Program-made: the position numbers and the translations under genes
The notes under the pieces: generated by a model
What the model was told of the DNA's origin: nothing
Database searches by the model: none
The model's input: the letters and a program-made list of their open reading frames with translations, nothing else
Part shown: positions 13,829-22,512 of the stretch, piece by piece
How positions within the stretch are numbered: position 1 is the stretch's first letter
How the letters are laid out: the number at the start of each line of letters is the position of its first letter
IMG/VR virus record: IMGVR_UViG_3300023174_000293
Location: 1-43,173 of that record
Length of the DNA: 43,173 nucleotides
Strand: one strand, 5' to 3'
From: a virus
Taxonomy: Duplodnaviria; Caudoviricetes

Positions 13829-13911
13829 GTTTGAACGTAACCACAATACGGTGGACGAGGAGATAGACTCCGCTTAGACTCATAGAGAAATCTATGAAGG
13901 CGGCTTCAAAC
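13829..13911 (+). ncRNA. Putative cloverleaf-like small RNA
   Basis: GTTTGAA/TTCAAAC; CCAC/GTGG; GGAG/CTCC; TCATAG/CTATGA. Confidence 0.45.
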
Positions 13912-13998
13912 GGTAATCAATTTAAACAAGGTAATTAATATTAATAAGTCTGACGTTAGGTATAATGATCTGATATTTATTGACAGAGAAATATACCC

Positions 13999-14409
13999 AT
14001 GTCAAACACTTATTCATACAAAACTTGTAAAGTATGTGGAATTACTAAACGAAGTAACGCGCGTAAAGGGTATTGTAGTAATACTTGTTATGCTGTACAT
14101 CAAAGAAAAATTAAAGTTGATAAATGGTTGAATGGAGAACATGACGGTATGAGAGGAAAGACTTCAACCGCTAAATGGATCAAACAATATTTGATAGAAC
14201 AACGTGGACATCAATGTGAATGTTGTAAAAACACAATGTGGATGAACAAACAAATATTGTTAGAATTGGAACATGTAGATGGTAATTTTAAAAACAACAA
14301 AATAGATAATTTGAAACTTTTGTGTCTTAATTGTCATGGAATGACATCAACATATAGAGCAAAAAATAAAGTTGGAAGACCAAGAGAAAAATATTACAGA
14401 GAACTTTAA
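13999..14409 (+). CDS. HNH endonuclease
   Basis: CECC...LELEHVDGNFKNNKIDNLKLLCLNCH; resembles the C-terminus of 464-1141. Confidence 0.9.
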   Translation: MSNTYSYKTCKVCGITKRSNARKGYCSNTCYAVHQRKIKVDKWLNGEHDGMRGKTSTAKWIKQYLIEQRGHQCECCKNTMWMNKQILLELEHVDGNFKNNKIDNLKLLCLNCHGMTSTYRAKNKVGRPREKYYREL

Positions 14410-14410
14410 C

Positions 14411-14500
14411 GGTAGGATGGCAGAGTGGTTTATTGCATCGCTCTTGAAAAGCGAAGGGGTCTCAAAGCCTCCGGGGGTTCAAATCCCTCTTCTACCGCCA
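14411..14500 (+). tRNA. trnS: tRNA-Ser(UGA)
   Basis: GGTAGGA/TTCTACC-G-CCA; TCGCT-CT-TGA-AA-AGCGA; long variable arm. Confidence 0.93.
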
Positions 14501-14516
14501 TTTTTTGAAAATTCAC

Positions 14517-14606
14517 GGTTGGGTGGCAGAGTGGTCTAATGCAGAGCTTTGCTAAAGCTCCGGGGTTTAAAAGCCCCCGAAGGTTCAAATCCTTCCCCAA
14601 CCGCCA
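14517..14606 (+). tRNA. trnS: tRNA-Ser(GCU)
   Basis: GGTTGGG/CCCAACC-G-CCA; GAGCT-TT-GCT-AA-AGCTC. Confidence 0.93.
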
Positions 14607-14612
14607 CTTTAC

Positions 14613-14688
<76 letters not shown>

Positions 14689-14698
14689 GTTTTACAAC

Positions 14699-14772
14699 GC
14701 GGGTATAGCTCAACGGTAGAGTGCCAGTCTTCCAAACTGGCTATGCGGGTTCGATTCCCGCTACCCGCTCCA
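14699..14772 (+). tRNA. trnG: tRNA-Gly(UCC)
   Basis: GCGGGTA/TACCCGC-T-CCA; CCAGT-CT-TCC-AA-ACTGG. Confidence 0.95.
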
Positions 14773-14780
14773 ATTTTAAT

Positions 14781-14854
14781 TGCCCGATGGTGTAATGGTA
14801 GCACAAGAGACTTTGACTCTCTTTGTATTGGTTCAAATCCAGTTCGGGCAACCA
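14781..14854 (+). tRNA. trnQ: tRNA-Gln(UUG)
   Basis: TGCCCGA/TCGGGCA-A-CCA; AGAGA-CT-TTG-AC-TCTCT. Confidence 0.93.
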
Positions 14855-14863
14855 CTTTATATA

Positions 14864-14963
14864 TGTCGGTTAAGGGTGTAATTTTAGAGAAATTGTAATG
14901 AGTGATCATCAGTTACAGGAGTAAAAACTAGTGATCGAAAGATCCGTTCATCAAACACCGACA
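14864..14963 (+). ncRNA. Putative structured RNA
   Basis: TGTCGGT/ACCGACA ends; TGTAA/TTACA; GATC-gaaa-GATC. Confidence 0.45.
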
Positions 14964-14973
14964 ACAATTTATT

Positions 14974-15050
14974 CGGGGTGTATTGTCAATTAGGAGACGG
15001 CCTGATCTGGAGTCAGGAAGCTGCAGGTGCAAGTCCTGTCACCCCGACCA
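14974..15050 (+). tRNA. trnP: tRNA-Pro(UGG), second copy, with atypical C33 and A37
   Basis: CGGGGTG/CACCCCG-A-CCA (Pro identity); CCTGA-TC-TGG-AG-TCAGG; T-loop TGCAAGT. Confidence 0.78.
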
Positions 15051-15058
15051 TTTTATAT

Positions 15059-15144
15059 GCTAGCTGCAATCTGGTGAGAACGTTGGCTTAGGATTGAACC
15101 TAAGTTATCAGCGGTGATGGGTTCGATTCCCATAGTTTGCGCCG
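15059..15144 (+). ncRNA. tRNA-like RNA with no D-stem and an extended anticodon-position arm
   Basis: GCTAGCT/AGTTTGC; unpaired D-region GCAATCTGGTGAGAA; CGTTG..GCTTAGG/CCTAAGT..CAGCG; T-arm ATGGG-TTCGATT-CCCAT; ends GCCG. Confidence 0.6.
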
Positions 15145-15151
15145 TTTTTAT

Positions 15152-15265
15152 ACCAGACAATGGTAGAGGTTTGAACTTGGCTAGGTCCGAAACAATAACC
15201 AACGGCTGTGTTCGGCTAATAATCTGTGGGTTAAATATGCCCATAAAACCGTCAAGGTGTCTGGG
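15152..15265 (+). ncRNA. Putative structured RNA
   Basis: CCAGACA/TGTCTGG ends; ACGG/CCGT; TGGGT/GCCCA. Confidence 0.4.
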
Positions 15266-15280
15266 ATAAATTTTTGCTTT

Positions 15281-15404
15281 TGATCGTTAGTGATATAGAA
15301 TTATAAAACATCTCCGGTTTGTGGAGAAGAAGGGTGAAGTTGACGCTAGATAGACGTTGGAACAATAGTGAAATCCTCGTATATTCGCACCCCACGGTCA
15401 TCCA
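15281..15404 (+). ncRNA. 124-nt expanded tRNA-like RNA ending in TCCA
   Basis: TGATCGT/ACGGTCA-T-CCA; TCTCC-ggtttgt-GGAGA arm; GGGTG/CACCC T-stem holding a ~50-nt insert. Confidence 0.62.
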
Positions 15405-15453
15405 ATTTTTGTTTTTTGATTTGATTTGATTTATACTATGTATTTGTAGATAT

Positions 15454-15528
15454 GGGCTGTTAGTGATAGTGGTAGCACAGGAGCTTTGCAAGCTTTAGGG
15501 AAGAGTTCGATTCTCTTACGGTCCACCA
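15454..15528 (+). tRNA. trnA: tRNA-Ala(UGC), second copy
   Basis: GGGCTGT/ACGGTCC-A-CCA; GGAGC-TT-TGC-AA-GCTTT. Confidence 0.9.
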
Positions 15529-15542
15529 AATTTTAACTATAG

Positions 15543-15854
15543 ATGAAACAGAATAACCTAAATGAAAAGTATAGAGGTGTAAACAATTTCACACCTGATG
15601 AATTGGTTTATTATCTCAAAAAGGGTTATAATGCTTCGGATCTGGCAAAACTGTTTAAAACAACAACTAATGTAATTGAAAAAGCGTTAGTTGAGTATGA
15701 AATTGATCCACCTCACGTAACTACTAAAGAGGTGTTAGATTTATATAGAGCTGGTACGCCAACAGCTTTGATTGCTGATAAGTTAAATATTACTCCATTA
15801 GCTGTATTTTACAAACTAGTAAAAAGCAGAAAAGTAAGTTTTAAGAAAAAATAA
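15543..15854 (+). CDS. Tandem helix-turn-helix protein
   Basis: GYNASDLAKLFKTT and GTPTALIADKLNIT HTH-like repeats. Confidence 0.65.
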   Translation: MKQNNLNEKYRGVNNFTPDELVYYLKKGYNASDLAKLFKTTTNVIEKALVEYEIDPPHVTTKEVLDLYRAGTPTALIADKLNITPLAVFYKLVKSRKVSFKKK

Positions 15855-15895
15855 AGTTTATCGTAAAACAAATACTATATATTGTTAACCAGAGC

Positions 15896-15969
15896 GCGGG
15901 TATGATGTAGTGGTAGCCTACAACCTTGCCAAGGTCGATGTGAGGGTTCGATTCCCTCTACCCGCTCCA
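15896..15969 (+). tRNA. trnG: tRNA-Gly(GCC)
   Basis: GCGGGTA/TACCCGC-T-CCA; ACC-TT-GCC-AA-GGT. Confidence 0.9.
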
Positions 15970-15987
15970 CTTTTGTAAAATAGTTAT

Positions 15988-16743
15988 ATGTCTGAAAGGA
16001 TTGCTGCAATATCAATTGTTTATGAGAAACAAAAACTATCATCATATAAGATGATTGAATCGTTTCGAAAACACAATCCTGATTCTACTATTCTTGTAAT
16101 ACCGGATGGTCAGGTGGATGGAATTCAAGATATATGTAATCAATATGGCTGTGAATTTATAGACACACATGAAAAAATCGGATATCCAGCATCAACTGAT
16201 ATTAATGTTCCCATAACATTTTTACATAGATTTTTTCAATCTTCATTACGTCTTAAAGAGAAGTATTTTATTAATCTTGAGCCGGACTGTTTAGTTACTG
16301 GTAACATTACGATTCCATATGAGAATTATGATTGTATTGTTAATCAAGATCCAACGTTGCAATGGATTTTTTATTTTAGAGGAAATAAACAAATACAATC
16401 ATTGATTATACCCGAAGTTATTTCATTTCACAAAAATGAAGGTGTATACAGAGAACCGATACATGATAAAATTATGGGTGGTGGTGGAGATATATACAAT
16501 ATGAATTTTGTACGTACTATTTATAATGAATGGGACAAATTTATTGAGAGATCACATATCTTAAACTATATTTACAAAAAGCATATAGAAAACTTTGTAT
16601 GGTATCAGGATTATTTATTGTCATTACAACTTCCTTTTTATGGACAGTCCAAGTATGGTGGATCATGTGATTACATAAACAATCTTAGTGATTTAGATTT
16701 AAAAAATAAAGTTGCACATCCATACAAACAACATTATATCTGA
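15988..16743 (+). CDS. Putative GT-A-fold glycosyltransferase
   Basis: SFRKHNPD..LVIPDG; YFINLEPD (ExD); GGGG; late HPYK. Confidence 0.55.
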   Translation: MSERIAAISIVYEKQKLSSYKMIESFRKHNPDSTILVIPDGQVDGIQDICNQYGCEFIDTHEKIGYPASTDINVPITFLHRFFQSSLRLKEKYFINLEPDCLVTGNITIPYENYDCIVNQDPTLQWIFYFRGNKQIQSLIIPEVISFHKNEGVYREPIHDKIMGGGGDIYNMNFVRTIYNEWDKFIERSHILNYIYKKHIENFVWYQDYLLSLQLPFYGQSKYGGSCDYINNLSDLDLKNKVAHPYKQHYI

Positions 16744-16784
16744 TATTTATTTGTGTTTTATAACCCCGACTAGTTTCGGGATTT

Positions 16785-17006
16785 TTATTGCGGATCAAAG
16801 TCAATATAACTGTCAATAACAAGACAGTTATTTTTTTCGGGATCAATATAACCCTCGTCGGTCAGATATTTGATCATATGTTCACGACATGATTCATCTT
16901 CGTACAAATCACATTTTTCTGGATGACGTAGTACAACGAATCGATCTGCCCAGATTGTGATACGATGGTTATGAATATTTATATCGTGAAAATTTACTTC
17001 TTCCAT
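16785..17006 (-). CDS. Hypothetical protein (MEEVNFHD..., 73 aa)
   Basis: C-terminal part of the track ORF; start moved to 17006 to avoid overlap with the 17032 gene; ends at the hairpin near 16764-16781. Confidence 0.6.
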   Translation of the reverse strand: MEEVNFHDINIHNHRITIWADRFVVLRHPEKCDLYEDESCREHMIKYLTDEGYIDPEKNNCLVIDSYIDFDPQ

Positions 17007-17031
17007 ATGATAATACATATGTATCTTTGTT

Positions 17032-17238
17032 ATGAGTAACATTAAAATATCAAAGCCAGACGCACAAAAGAAGGTATACGAACTTACTGAAAAACTACTA
17101 CATACCAAGAAGGATTTTAAGGATGTAGCAGCTGGATACAAGGAGCGTATTAAGGAATTGGAAAATGAAATCAAAGCGGTTGTAGAGGATGTATGTGGGG
17201 TGCCTATATCATCGAATGATAATGATGTGGAAGAATGA
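17032..17238 (+). CDS. Hypothetical coiled-coil protein
   Basis: 68-aa ORF with a heptad pattern. Confidence 0.7.
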   Translation: MSNIKISKPDAQKKVYELTEKLLHTKKDFKDVAAGYKERIKELENEIKAVVEDVCGVPISSNDNDVEE

Positions 17239-17239
17239 G

Positions 17240-17620
17240 ATGAGAACAAAAAACAAAAAAGAAAACAAAGTTAAAAAATCAAAAAAGTCCCAATCATTAA
17301 ATGATGTAGGGTATAGTAAATATTACAAATGTGTACAACGGATTGTAAGTAAAAAATCAAATATAGAACATTGGACATTTCAGGAAGTTGATAATGACCA
17401 TAAAGTGGATCAATTTACTATAAAGGGTACCAGAGTATTAGTTGCGAGTTATCCGGATTTTTACAAAATTTTCGTTTATAAAACTCACGTATCTGGAGAG
17501 CCAAGTTGGCCAAATGGTGGTGTCACTGTATATAATGCCACATATGAAATAATGCAATCTTTTTATTATGACAGCGTAGCAATTCACCCTGATGGCGGAT
17601 CGTATAAATTTCAAACGTAA
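17240..17620 (+). CDS. Hypothetical protein
   Basis: ATG at 17240, directly after the previous stop. Confidence 0.65.
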   Translation: MRTKNKKENKVKKSKKSQSLNDVGYSKYYKCVQRIVSKKSNIEHWTFQEVDNDHKVDQFTIKGTRVLVASYPDFYKIFVYKTHVSGEPSWPNGGVTVYNATYEIMQSFYYDSVAIHPDGGSYKFQT

Positions 17621-17732
17621 TCAGAGAAAATCACAGCTGTTAGTAAAAAAAACGTTGACGTAGAGAAGTTTTGTGATATGATGATCTTGTAAGTCGTAGT
17701 GCAAATATAAACATTAATAATTAGATACACAT

Positions 17733-17912
17733 ATGGAAAATAAAAAGTATGTAGTTGTTCGAAACGGTGTACGTGTTTCGGATCAAGAGTATGATACTCA
17801 CGCCGATGCAACTGAGGAATTCAGTCATTGGACCTCGGTTATCAAACGTTGGCCTGACGGGTCAGTGGTTGAAGTTGTAGTAAAGGATGACAAGAAGCAT
17901 CGTATTTGGTAA
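17733..17912 (+). CDS. 59-aa hypothetical protein (MENKKYVVVRNGVRVSDQEY...KHRIW), absent from the ORF track
   Basis: Hand translation; downstream of TTGACG-N16-TATGAT at 17655. Confidence 0.7.
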   Translation: MENKKYVVVRNGVRVSDQEYDTHADATEEFSHWTSVIKRWPDGSVVEVVVKDDKKHRIW

Positions 17913-17917
17913 AATTT

Positions 17918-18160
17918 ATGGGACTACGTGAACAAATTAAGAACGCTGAATCTGAGGCGGAAATCAATGTATTGCTTTCAAAGGGAAATGCATTTGAGTA
18001 TGCCTCAAATAAAACCAAAAATGCTTGGAAGTCTACTGCCAAGTTTCGAATGATGAAATTTAACAATTCAATTCCAGTACAATCTGATACTGCACAAACT
18101 GATCTAGATCTTAGTGTGAAGAAGAAGACGAAGACGAAAAACAATAGCAAAAAGAAGTAA
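17918..18160 (+). CDS. Hypothetical protein with a basic tail
   Basis: ATG at 17918; followed by a terminator. Confidence 0.7.
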   Translation: MGLREQIKNAESEAEINVLLSKGNAFEYASNKTKNAWKSTAKFRMMKFNNSIPVQSDTAQTDLDLSVKKKTKTKNNSKKK

Positions 18161-18186
18161 ATAATTAAGTAAAAACTACGATTTAT

Positions 18187-18215
18187 AAACGCCATCATAC
18201 GATGGCGTTTTTTAT
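18187..18215 (+). terminator. Intrinsic terminator
   Basis: AAACGCCATC-atac-GATGGCGTTTTTT. Confidence 0.85.
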
Positions 18216-18254
18216 TGTCTTAATCTAACTTGTAAAGATATTTATAAGTGTTAT

Positions 18255-18596
18255 ATGGCAATAAAAGAAAAATACAAGCCATTTGTGTTACCGTCTGACT
18301 TCAAAGAATTGGAGTCGTATGTTAAATTATATAAAACCGATTTAACGGAACGGGTTATTTCTTCTATTGAATTTGCTATCAAAAAAAATCTACCAATGGT
18401 AGAGGTTTTCAATTTTAAAAATTCTGATTTTGTAATTACTATTTCCAGAGAGGCTTTTCTGGATAACATACAAAACGTTTATAATTTTTACATACAAGAA
18501 GAAAAATACGAATTGTGTAAAAGAGTAAAACAAATCGAATTGTTACTAGACAGTACTAACAAACCAAAAAAACTGAATGAAAAAAAACAAGAATAA
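18255..18596 (+). CDS. Hypothetical protein with a UvrB/C-like C-terminal helix
   Basis: EEKYELCKRVK motif. Confidence 0.65.
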   Translation: MAIKEKYKPFVLPSDFKELESYVKLYKTDLTERVISSIEFAIKKNLPMVEVFNFKNSDFVITISREAFLDNIQNVYNFYIQEEKYELCKRVKQIELLLDSTNKPKKLNEKKQE

Positions 18597-19305
18597 AGTT
18601 GGCGTAGATAAGAGTCCTGTTGTTCCACAAAAAAATAAAATCAAGAATGAAATTGACATATATCAACGTGAATTAACAATTAAACAAAAACAGTTTTTAG
18701 ATACTGCGTTAGATAAAACCACAAAGATAATGTTTGTTAGTGGACCTGCTGGTACCTCAAAAACATATATGTCGATTTTAGCAGCATTAACTTTAATGAA
18801 TCAAAAAAGAGTGAGTGATTTGTTATATTTGAGAAGTGCTGTAGAAAGTTCAGATAGTAAACTTGGTTTTTTGCCGGGAGAAGCAAATGAAAAGATGGCG
18901 CCATATATTCAACCGTTGTTAGAAAAGTTGTCAGAATTAACTAATAAAGCAACTATTGATTCTCTTCAAAAGGAAGAACGTCTTGAAAGTATTCCGATTG
19001 GATTTTTAAGAGGATTAAATTGGAATGCTAGATGTATTGTTGCTGACGAAGCTCAGAATATGACTTATAAAGAACTTATTACGTTAATAACACGTACTGG
19101 TGAGTTTAGTAAAGTTTTTATTTTAGGAGATCCTGATCAAAGTGATATTAATGGTAAAAGCGGATTTATTAAAATGATGAATGGATTTGATGATGTGGAA
19201 AGTAAAGAAAATGGAATTCAAACATTCAAGTTTGATGAGGATGATATTGTTCGAAGTGCTTTGGTTAAATTTATAATAAAAAAACTTAAGAAAATAACGG
19301 TGTAA
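18577..19305 (+). CDS. phoH: PhoH-family ATPase
   Basis: GPAGTSKT; LGFLPG; FLRG; DEAQN; GDPDQSD; DIVRS. Confidence 0.95.
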   Translation: MKKNKNKVGVDKSPVVPQKNKIKNEIDIYQRELTIKQKQFLDTALDKTTKIMFVSGPAGTSKTYMSILAALTLMNQKRVSDLLYLRSAVESSDSKLGFLPGEANEKMAPYIQPLLEKLSELTNKATIDSLQKEERLESIPIGFLRGLNWNARCIVADEAQNMTYKELITLITRTGEFSKVFILGDPDQSDINGKSGFIKMMNGFDDVESKENGIQTFKFDEDDIVRSALVKFIIKKLKKITV

Positions 19306-19331
19306 GTTTTTTTATTATATTTATATTAGAT

Positions 19332-19838
19332 ATGACATCTCCTATCATTAATTCTATATCGCCAACAATCGGACCCTCAAATCAGTGGGTTTATTTATTT
19401 GGGTCTGGATTTGTAAAAGATGAAACGCAAGTATACTTCAACGCAATACAGTGTAATAATGTAATGGTATATTCGGAATCACAGTGTGGATTTCATCTTT
19501 CTGAAGATGCGTCTGGCATCGGAGTTTTCAAGGTAGTGACACCGGATGGAACATTTACTAGTCAAATTGAATATACTGTAGAATATCCAAAGTTACCGCC
19601 CACTATAACTTCAGTTCGTGTACATCCTGACCCCAATGTCAATTGGATATATGTTGATGGTACTGAATTTTCATATGGCCAAACTAATGTTTCATATAAT
19701 TCAATAAGTAGAAATGCTATGGTTTATAGATTCAATCAATGTGGTTTTTCAAAAGAAAATTTATCTGATGTAATCAATTCCATTACATTAACCACACCAA
19801 ACGGATCGTCTACGTTTCAAGTTAATCCTCCGTTATAA
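19332..19838 (+). CDS. Tandem IPT/TIG (Ig-like) domain protein
   Basis: PIINSISPTIG...GSGF...VTPDG; PTITSV...GTEF...TTPNG. Confidence 0.75.
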   Translation: MTSPIINSISPTIGPSNQWVYLFGSGFVKDETQVYFNAIQCNNVMVYSESQCGFHLSEDASGIGVFKVVTPDGTFTSQIEYTVEYPKLPPTITSVRVHPDPNVNWIYVDGTEFSYGQTNVSYNSISRNAMVYRFNQCGFSKENLSDVINSITLTTPNGSSTFQVNPPL

Positions 19839-19894
19839 TTTAATATCAAAATAAAAAATTGACGAATGCTCTTTTTTGGTATAGGATGTAGTTC

Positions 19895-20554
19895 ATGACT
19901 AAATCTTATACTGAAAAAGAGCTTTTTGCTAATTACGAAAAATTTCTAAAACAACTCGAAAATTTCTTCACTGGTGATCGACTGAATAAGTTGAAACATC
20001 TATACAGTGAAAACGAGTATGGTTATCGTGCTATTATGGCACCTGCTAGTGCCAAGGAACATTATCATAATGCATATCCCGGTGGATATATGGATCATAT
20101 TATGAATGTTTTGACCACTTCGTTTGGTGTTAAGAAGTTGTATGAAGCACGTGGAGGAACTATTGATTTCGAGGATGAGGAACTTGCGTTTGCTACAATT
20201 CATCACGATCTTGGAAAATTGGGCGATAAACAACAAGGTGAATATTATCTTATTCAAGAAAGTGAATGGCACCGAAAGAATAAGGGTGAAATTTATAAGT
20301 TTAACTCTGAATTGCAATATATGGATGTTACTGATCGTGCTTTGTTTATTCTTCAACAGTATGGAATTGTGTGTACTTGGAAGGAGACACTTGCGATTAA
20401 GCTATCAGATGGATTGTATCATGAAGCTAATAAATCGTATTTGATGTCATACAATCCAGATCATGAGTTGAAGACAAATTTGCCGAGGATTGTACATGTT
20501 GCTGACTATATATCATGTAGGTGTGAATATGATATGTGGAAGTTGCAAAACTAA
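19895..20554 (+). CDS. HD-domain phosphohydrolase
   Basis: PASAKEHYHNAYPGGYMDH; HHDLGK; HVAD. Confidence 0.88.
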   Translation: MTKSYTEKELFANYEKFLKQLENFFTGDRLNKLKHLYSENEYGYRAIMAPASAKEHYHNAYPGGYMDHIMNVLTTSFGVKKLYEARGGTIDFEDEELAFATIHHDLGKLGDKQQGEYYLIQESEWHRKNKGEIYKFNSELQYMDVTDRALFILQQYGIVCTWKETLAIKLSDGLYHEANKSYLMSYNPDHELKTNLPRIVHVADYISCRCEYDMWKLQN

Positions 20555-20557
20555 GTT

Positions 20558-21835
20558 ATGAATGAGGAATCAATTTTTGTACAAATAGCATCATATAGAG
20601 ATCCAGAATTAGTTCCAACTATTCTGGACATGTTTGAAACGGCAGAAAATCCAGACAATTTACATGTTTGTATTTGTTGGCAACACGATGAATTTGAAAA
20701 TTTGGATATTTTTAATACGTATCCAAACATTGAAATCATTGATGTGCCGTATCAAAAAAGTAAGGGTGCTTGTTGGGCAAGAAATTTGATTCAACGTCAT
20801 TACAATGGCGAGAGATACACATTACAGATCGATTCACATCATAGATTTGTAAATGGATGGGATACGTCTTTAAAAGAAATGTATAGTCAGTGCGTAAGTA
20901 TGGGAAGTAAAAAGCCCATACTTACCTCATACGTTCCTTCTTTCAATCCACTTAATCCCAAGGAAACGTATGAAAAGGTTCCTTGGCGTATGGATTTTTA
21001 TGAATTTACAGACGAAGGCACTGTACTATTTGTACCCAACCAAATACAAGACTATGAAAAGTTTACATCTCCGATACCCGCGAGATTTTATTCTGCCCAT
21101 TTTGCTTTTACAGATGGAAAGTTTTGTGAAGAAGTGTCACATGATCCGGAATATTATTTTTATGGTGAGGAAATTAGTATAACCGTAAGAGCGTTTACGC
21201 ATGGATATGATTTGTATCATCCTCATAAGGTTATTATTTGGCACGAATATACAAGAGAAGCTAGAATTAAACACTGGGATGATCACGATTTAAATAAAAG
21301 TATTAAGATAGATAAATCGTGGTGGGAACGTGATGCGTCGTCACACAAAAGAAATAGAGTTTTGTTTGGAATAGATAATGACGAATCAATAATTATTTCT
21401 CCCAAATATCAAATGGGAACTCAAAGAAGTATTTCTGATTATGAAAGATACGCTGGAATAAACTTCAAAGATCAGACGATATCACTGTATACATTGAGTG
21501 GTAAATTTGCACCAACGCCTAATAATCAAAATTACGTGAGTGGAAAAACGAGTTCTGTTAGTATCAAAACACTTACAAAGACAGTATCAATTCCGTCAAA
21601 ATTAATAAATCATCAAAATGTGAGTTTTATTAAATTAGATTTGTATAACAAAGATGATAAATTGATGATATCACAGTCAATTGACAAAAAGTTTATTTTG
21701 TCATTGTTAACCAAAATAGATCCCATTTCAATATCGATTAATTTTGATGCCATTGAAGAAACATCATATTATTGTAAGTTACACGTGTATGATTTATTTG
21801 ATCGCATCATCATACAGTCTGTTATAGACATATAA
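20558..21835 (+). CDS. GlcNAc transferase (Skp1-hydroxyproline GlcNAc-transferase-like)
   Basis: IFVQIASYRDPEL; SKGACWAR; LQIDSHHRF; GEEISITVRAFTHGYD. Confidence 0.88.
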   Translation: MNEESIFVQIASYRDPELVPTILDMFETAENPDNLHVCICWQHDEFENLDIFNTYPNIEIIDVPYQKSKGACWARNLIQRHYNGERYTLQIDSHHRFVNGWDTSLKEMYSQCVSMGSKKPILTSYVPSFNPLNPKETYEKVPWRMDFYEFTDEGTVLFVPNQIQDYEKFTSPIPARFYSAHFAFTDGKFCEEVSHDPEYYFYGEEISITVRAFTHGYDLYHPHKVIIWHEYTREARIKHWDDHDLNKSIKIDKSWWERDASSHKRNRVLFGIDNDESIIISPKYQMGTQRSISDYERYAGINFKDQTISLYTLSGKFAPTPNNQNYVSGKTSSVSIKTLTKTVSIPSKLINHQNVSFIKLDLYNKDDKLMISQSIDKKFILSLLTKIDPISISINFDAIEETSYYCKLHVYDLFDRIIIQSVIDI

Positions 21836-21965
21836 AATATATTTAGATTTTTTTGATAATATACAATATATATTGCTTAGTAAGACAAAGTGTTTTACAC
21901 TCTTAAGTCCAAAAGATTAAGAGATAATAGGTCCAAAAGGACTATTAACGAAAGGAAAATATATT

Positions 21966-22454
21966 ATGAGTAGTCTAAATAAGTTTAGTAAAAACCCACT
22001 ACGTGCGATTCATCGTGATGAATTCTTAACGCCATTTGACAAGATCTTTGATGAGTTCTTTGCCGCTAATGTGCCTAGTTTTACGCAAGATTTCGGTGTA
22101 GATTTTTTTGAAAAAGGATCATACCCAAAAGTCAATGTCATTGATTTTTCAGACAGAGTGGTAATTGAAGCGGAAATTCCCGGTCTTGATAAGACTGACG
22201 TAAATGTCGAACTGGAGGCTAATGTTTTGACTATTGTGGGTAATAAATTAGTAGTTCCGGATAAGGAACGAAGTGAGACTGGTACATATATACGCCGTGA
22301 GTTGAAACGTTCAAGTTTCCGTCGTAGTTTTACTTTGGGAGACAATATATCCAAAGAAAAGGTAGAGGCTGAATTTCAAAATGGTATGTTAACTATTACA
22401 TTACCTAAGGTTAAACCAGTTAAACCGGACGTAAAAAAGATTACAGTTAAGTAA
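21966..22454 (+). CDS. Small heat-shock protein (Hsp20/alpha-crystallin)
   Basis: PKVNV...AEIPG...VLTI...RRE...FRRSF...AEFQNGMLTITLPK. Confidence 0.95.
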   Translation: MSSLNKFSKNPLRAIHRDEFLTPFDKIFDEFFAANVPSFTQDFGVDFFEKGSYPKVNVIDFSDRVVIEAEIPGLDKTDVNVELEANVLTIVGNKLVVPDKERSETGTYIRRELKRSSFRRSFTLGDNISKEKVEAEFQNGMLTITLPKVKPVKPDVKKITVK

Positions 22455-22460
22455 ATATAT

Positions 22461-22490
22461 AACCCTCATCTCAATAGATGGGGGTTTTTT
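22461..22490 (+). terminator. Intrinsic terminator
   Basis: AACCCTCATC-tcaata-GATGGGGGTTTTTT. Confidence 0.8.
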
Positions 22491-22512
22491 ATTTTATTCT
22501 ATATTTATAGCC

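Noticed and set aside
21878-21906. CIRCE operator upstream of Hsp20
   Set aside because: Only a partial TTACACTC half-site, with no TTAGCACTC-N9-GAGTGCTAA inverted repeat
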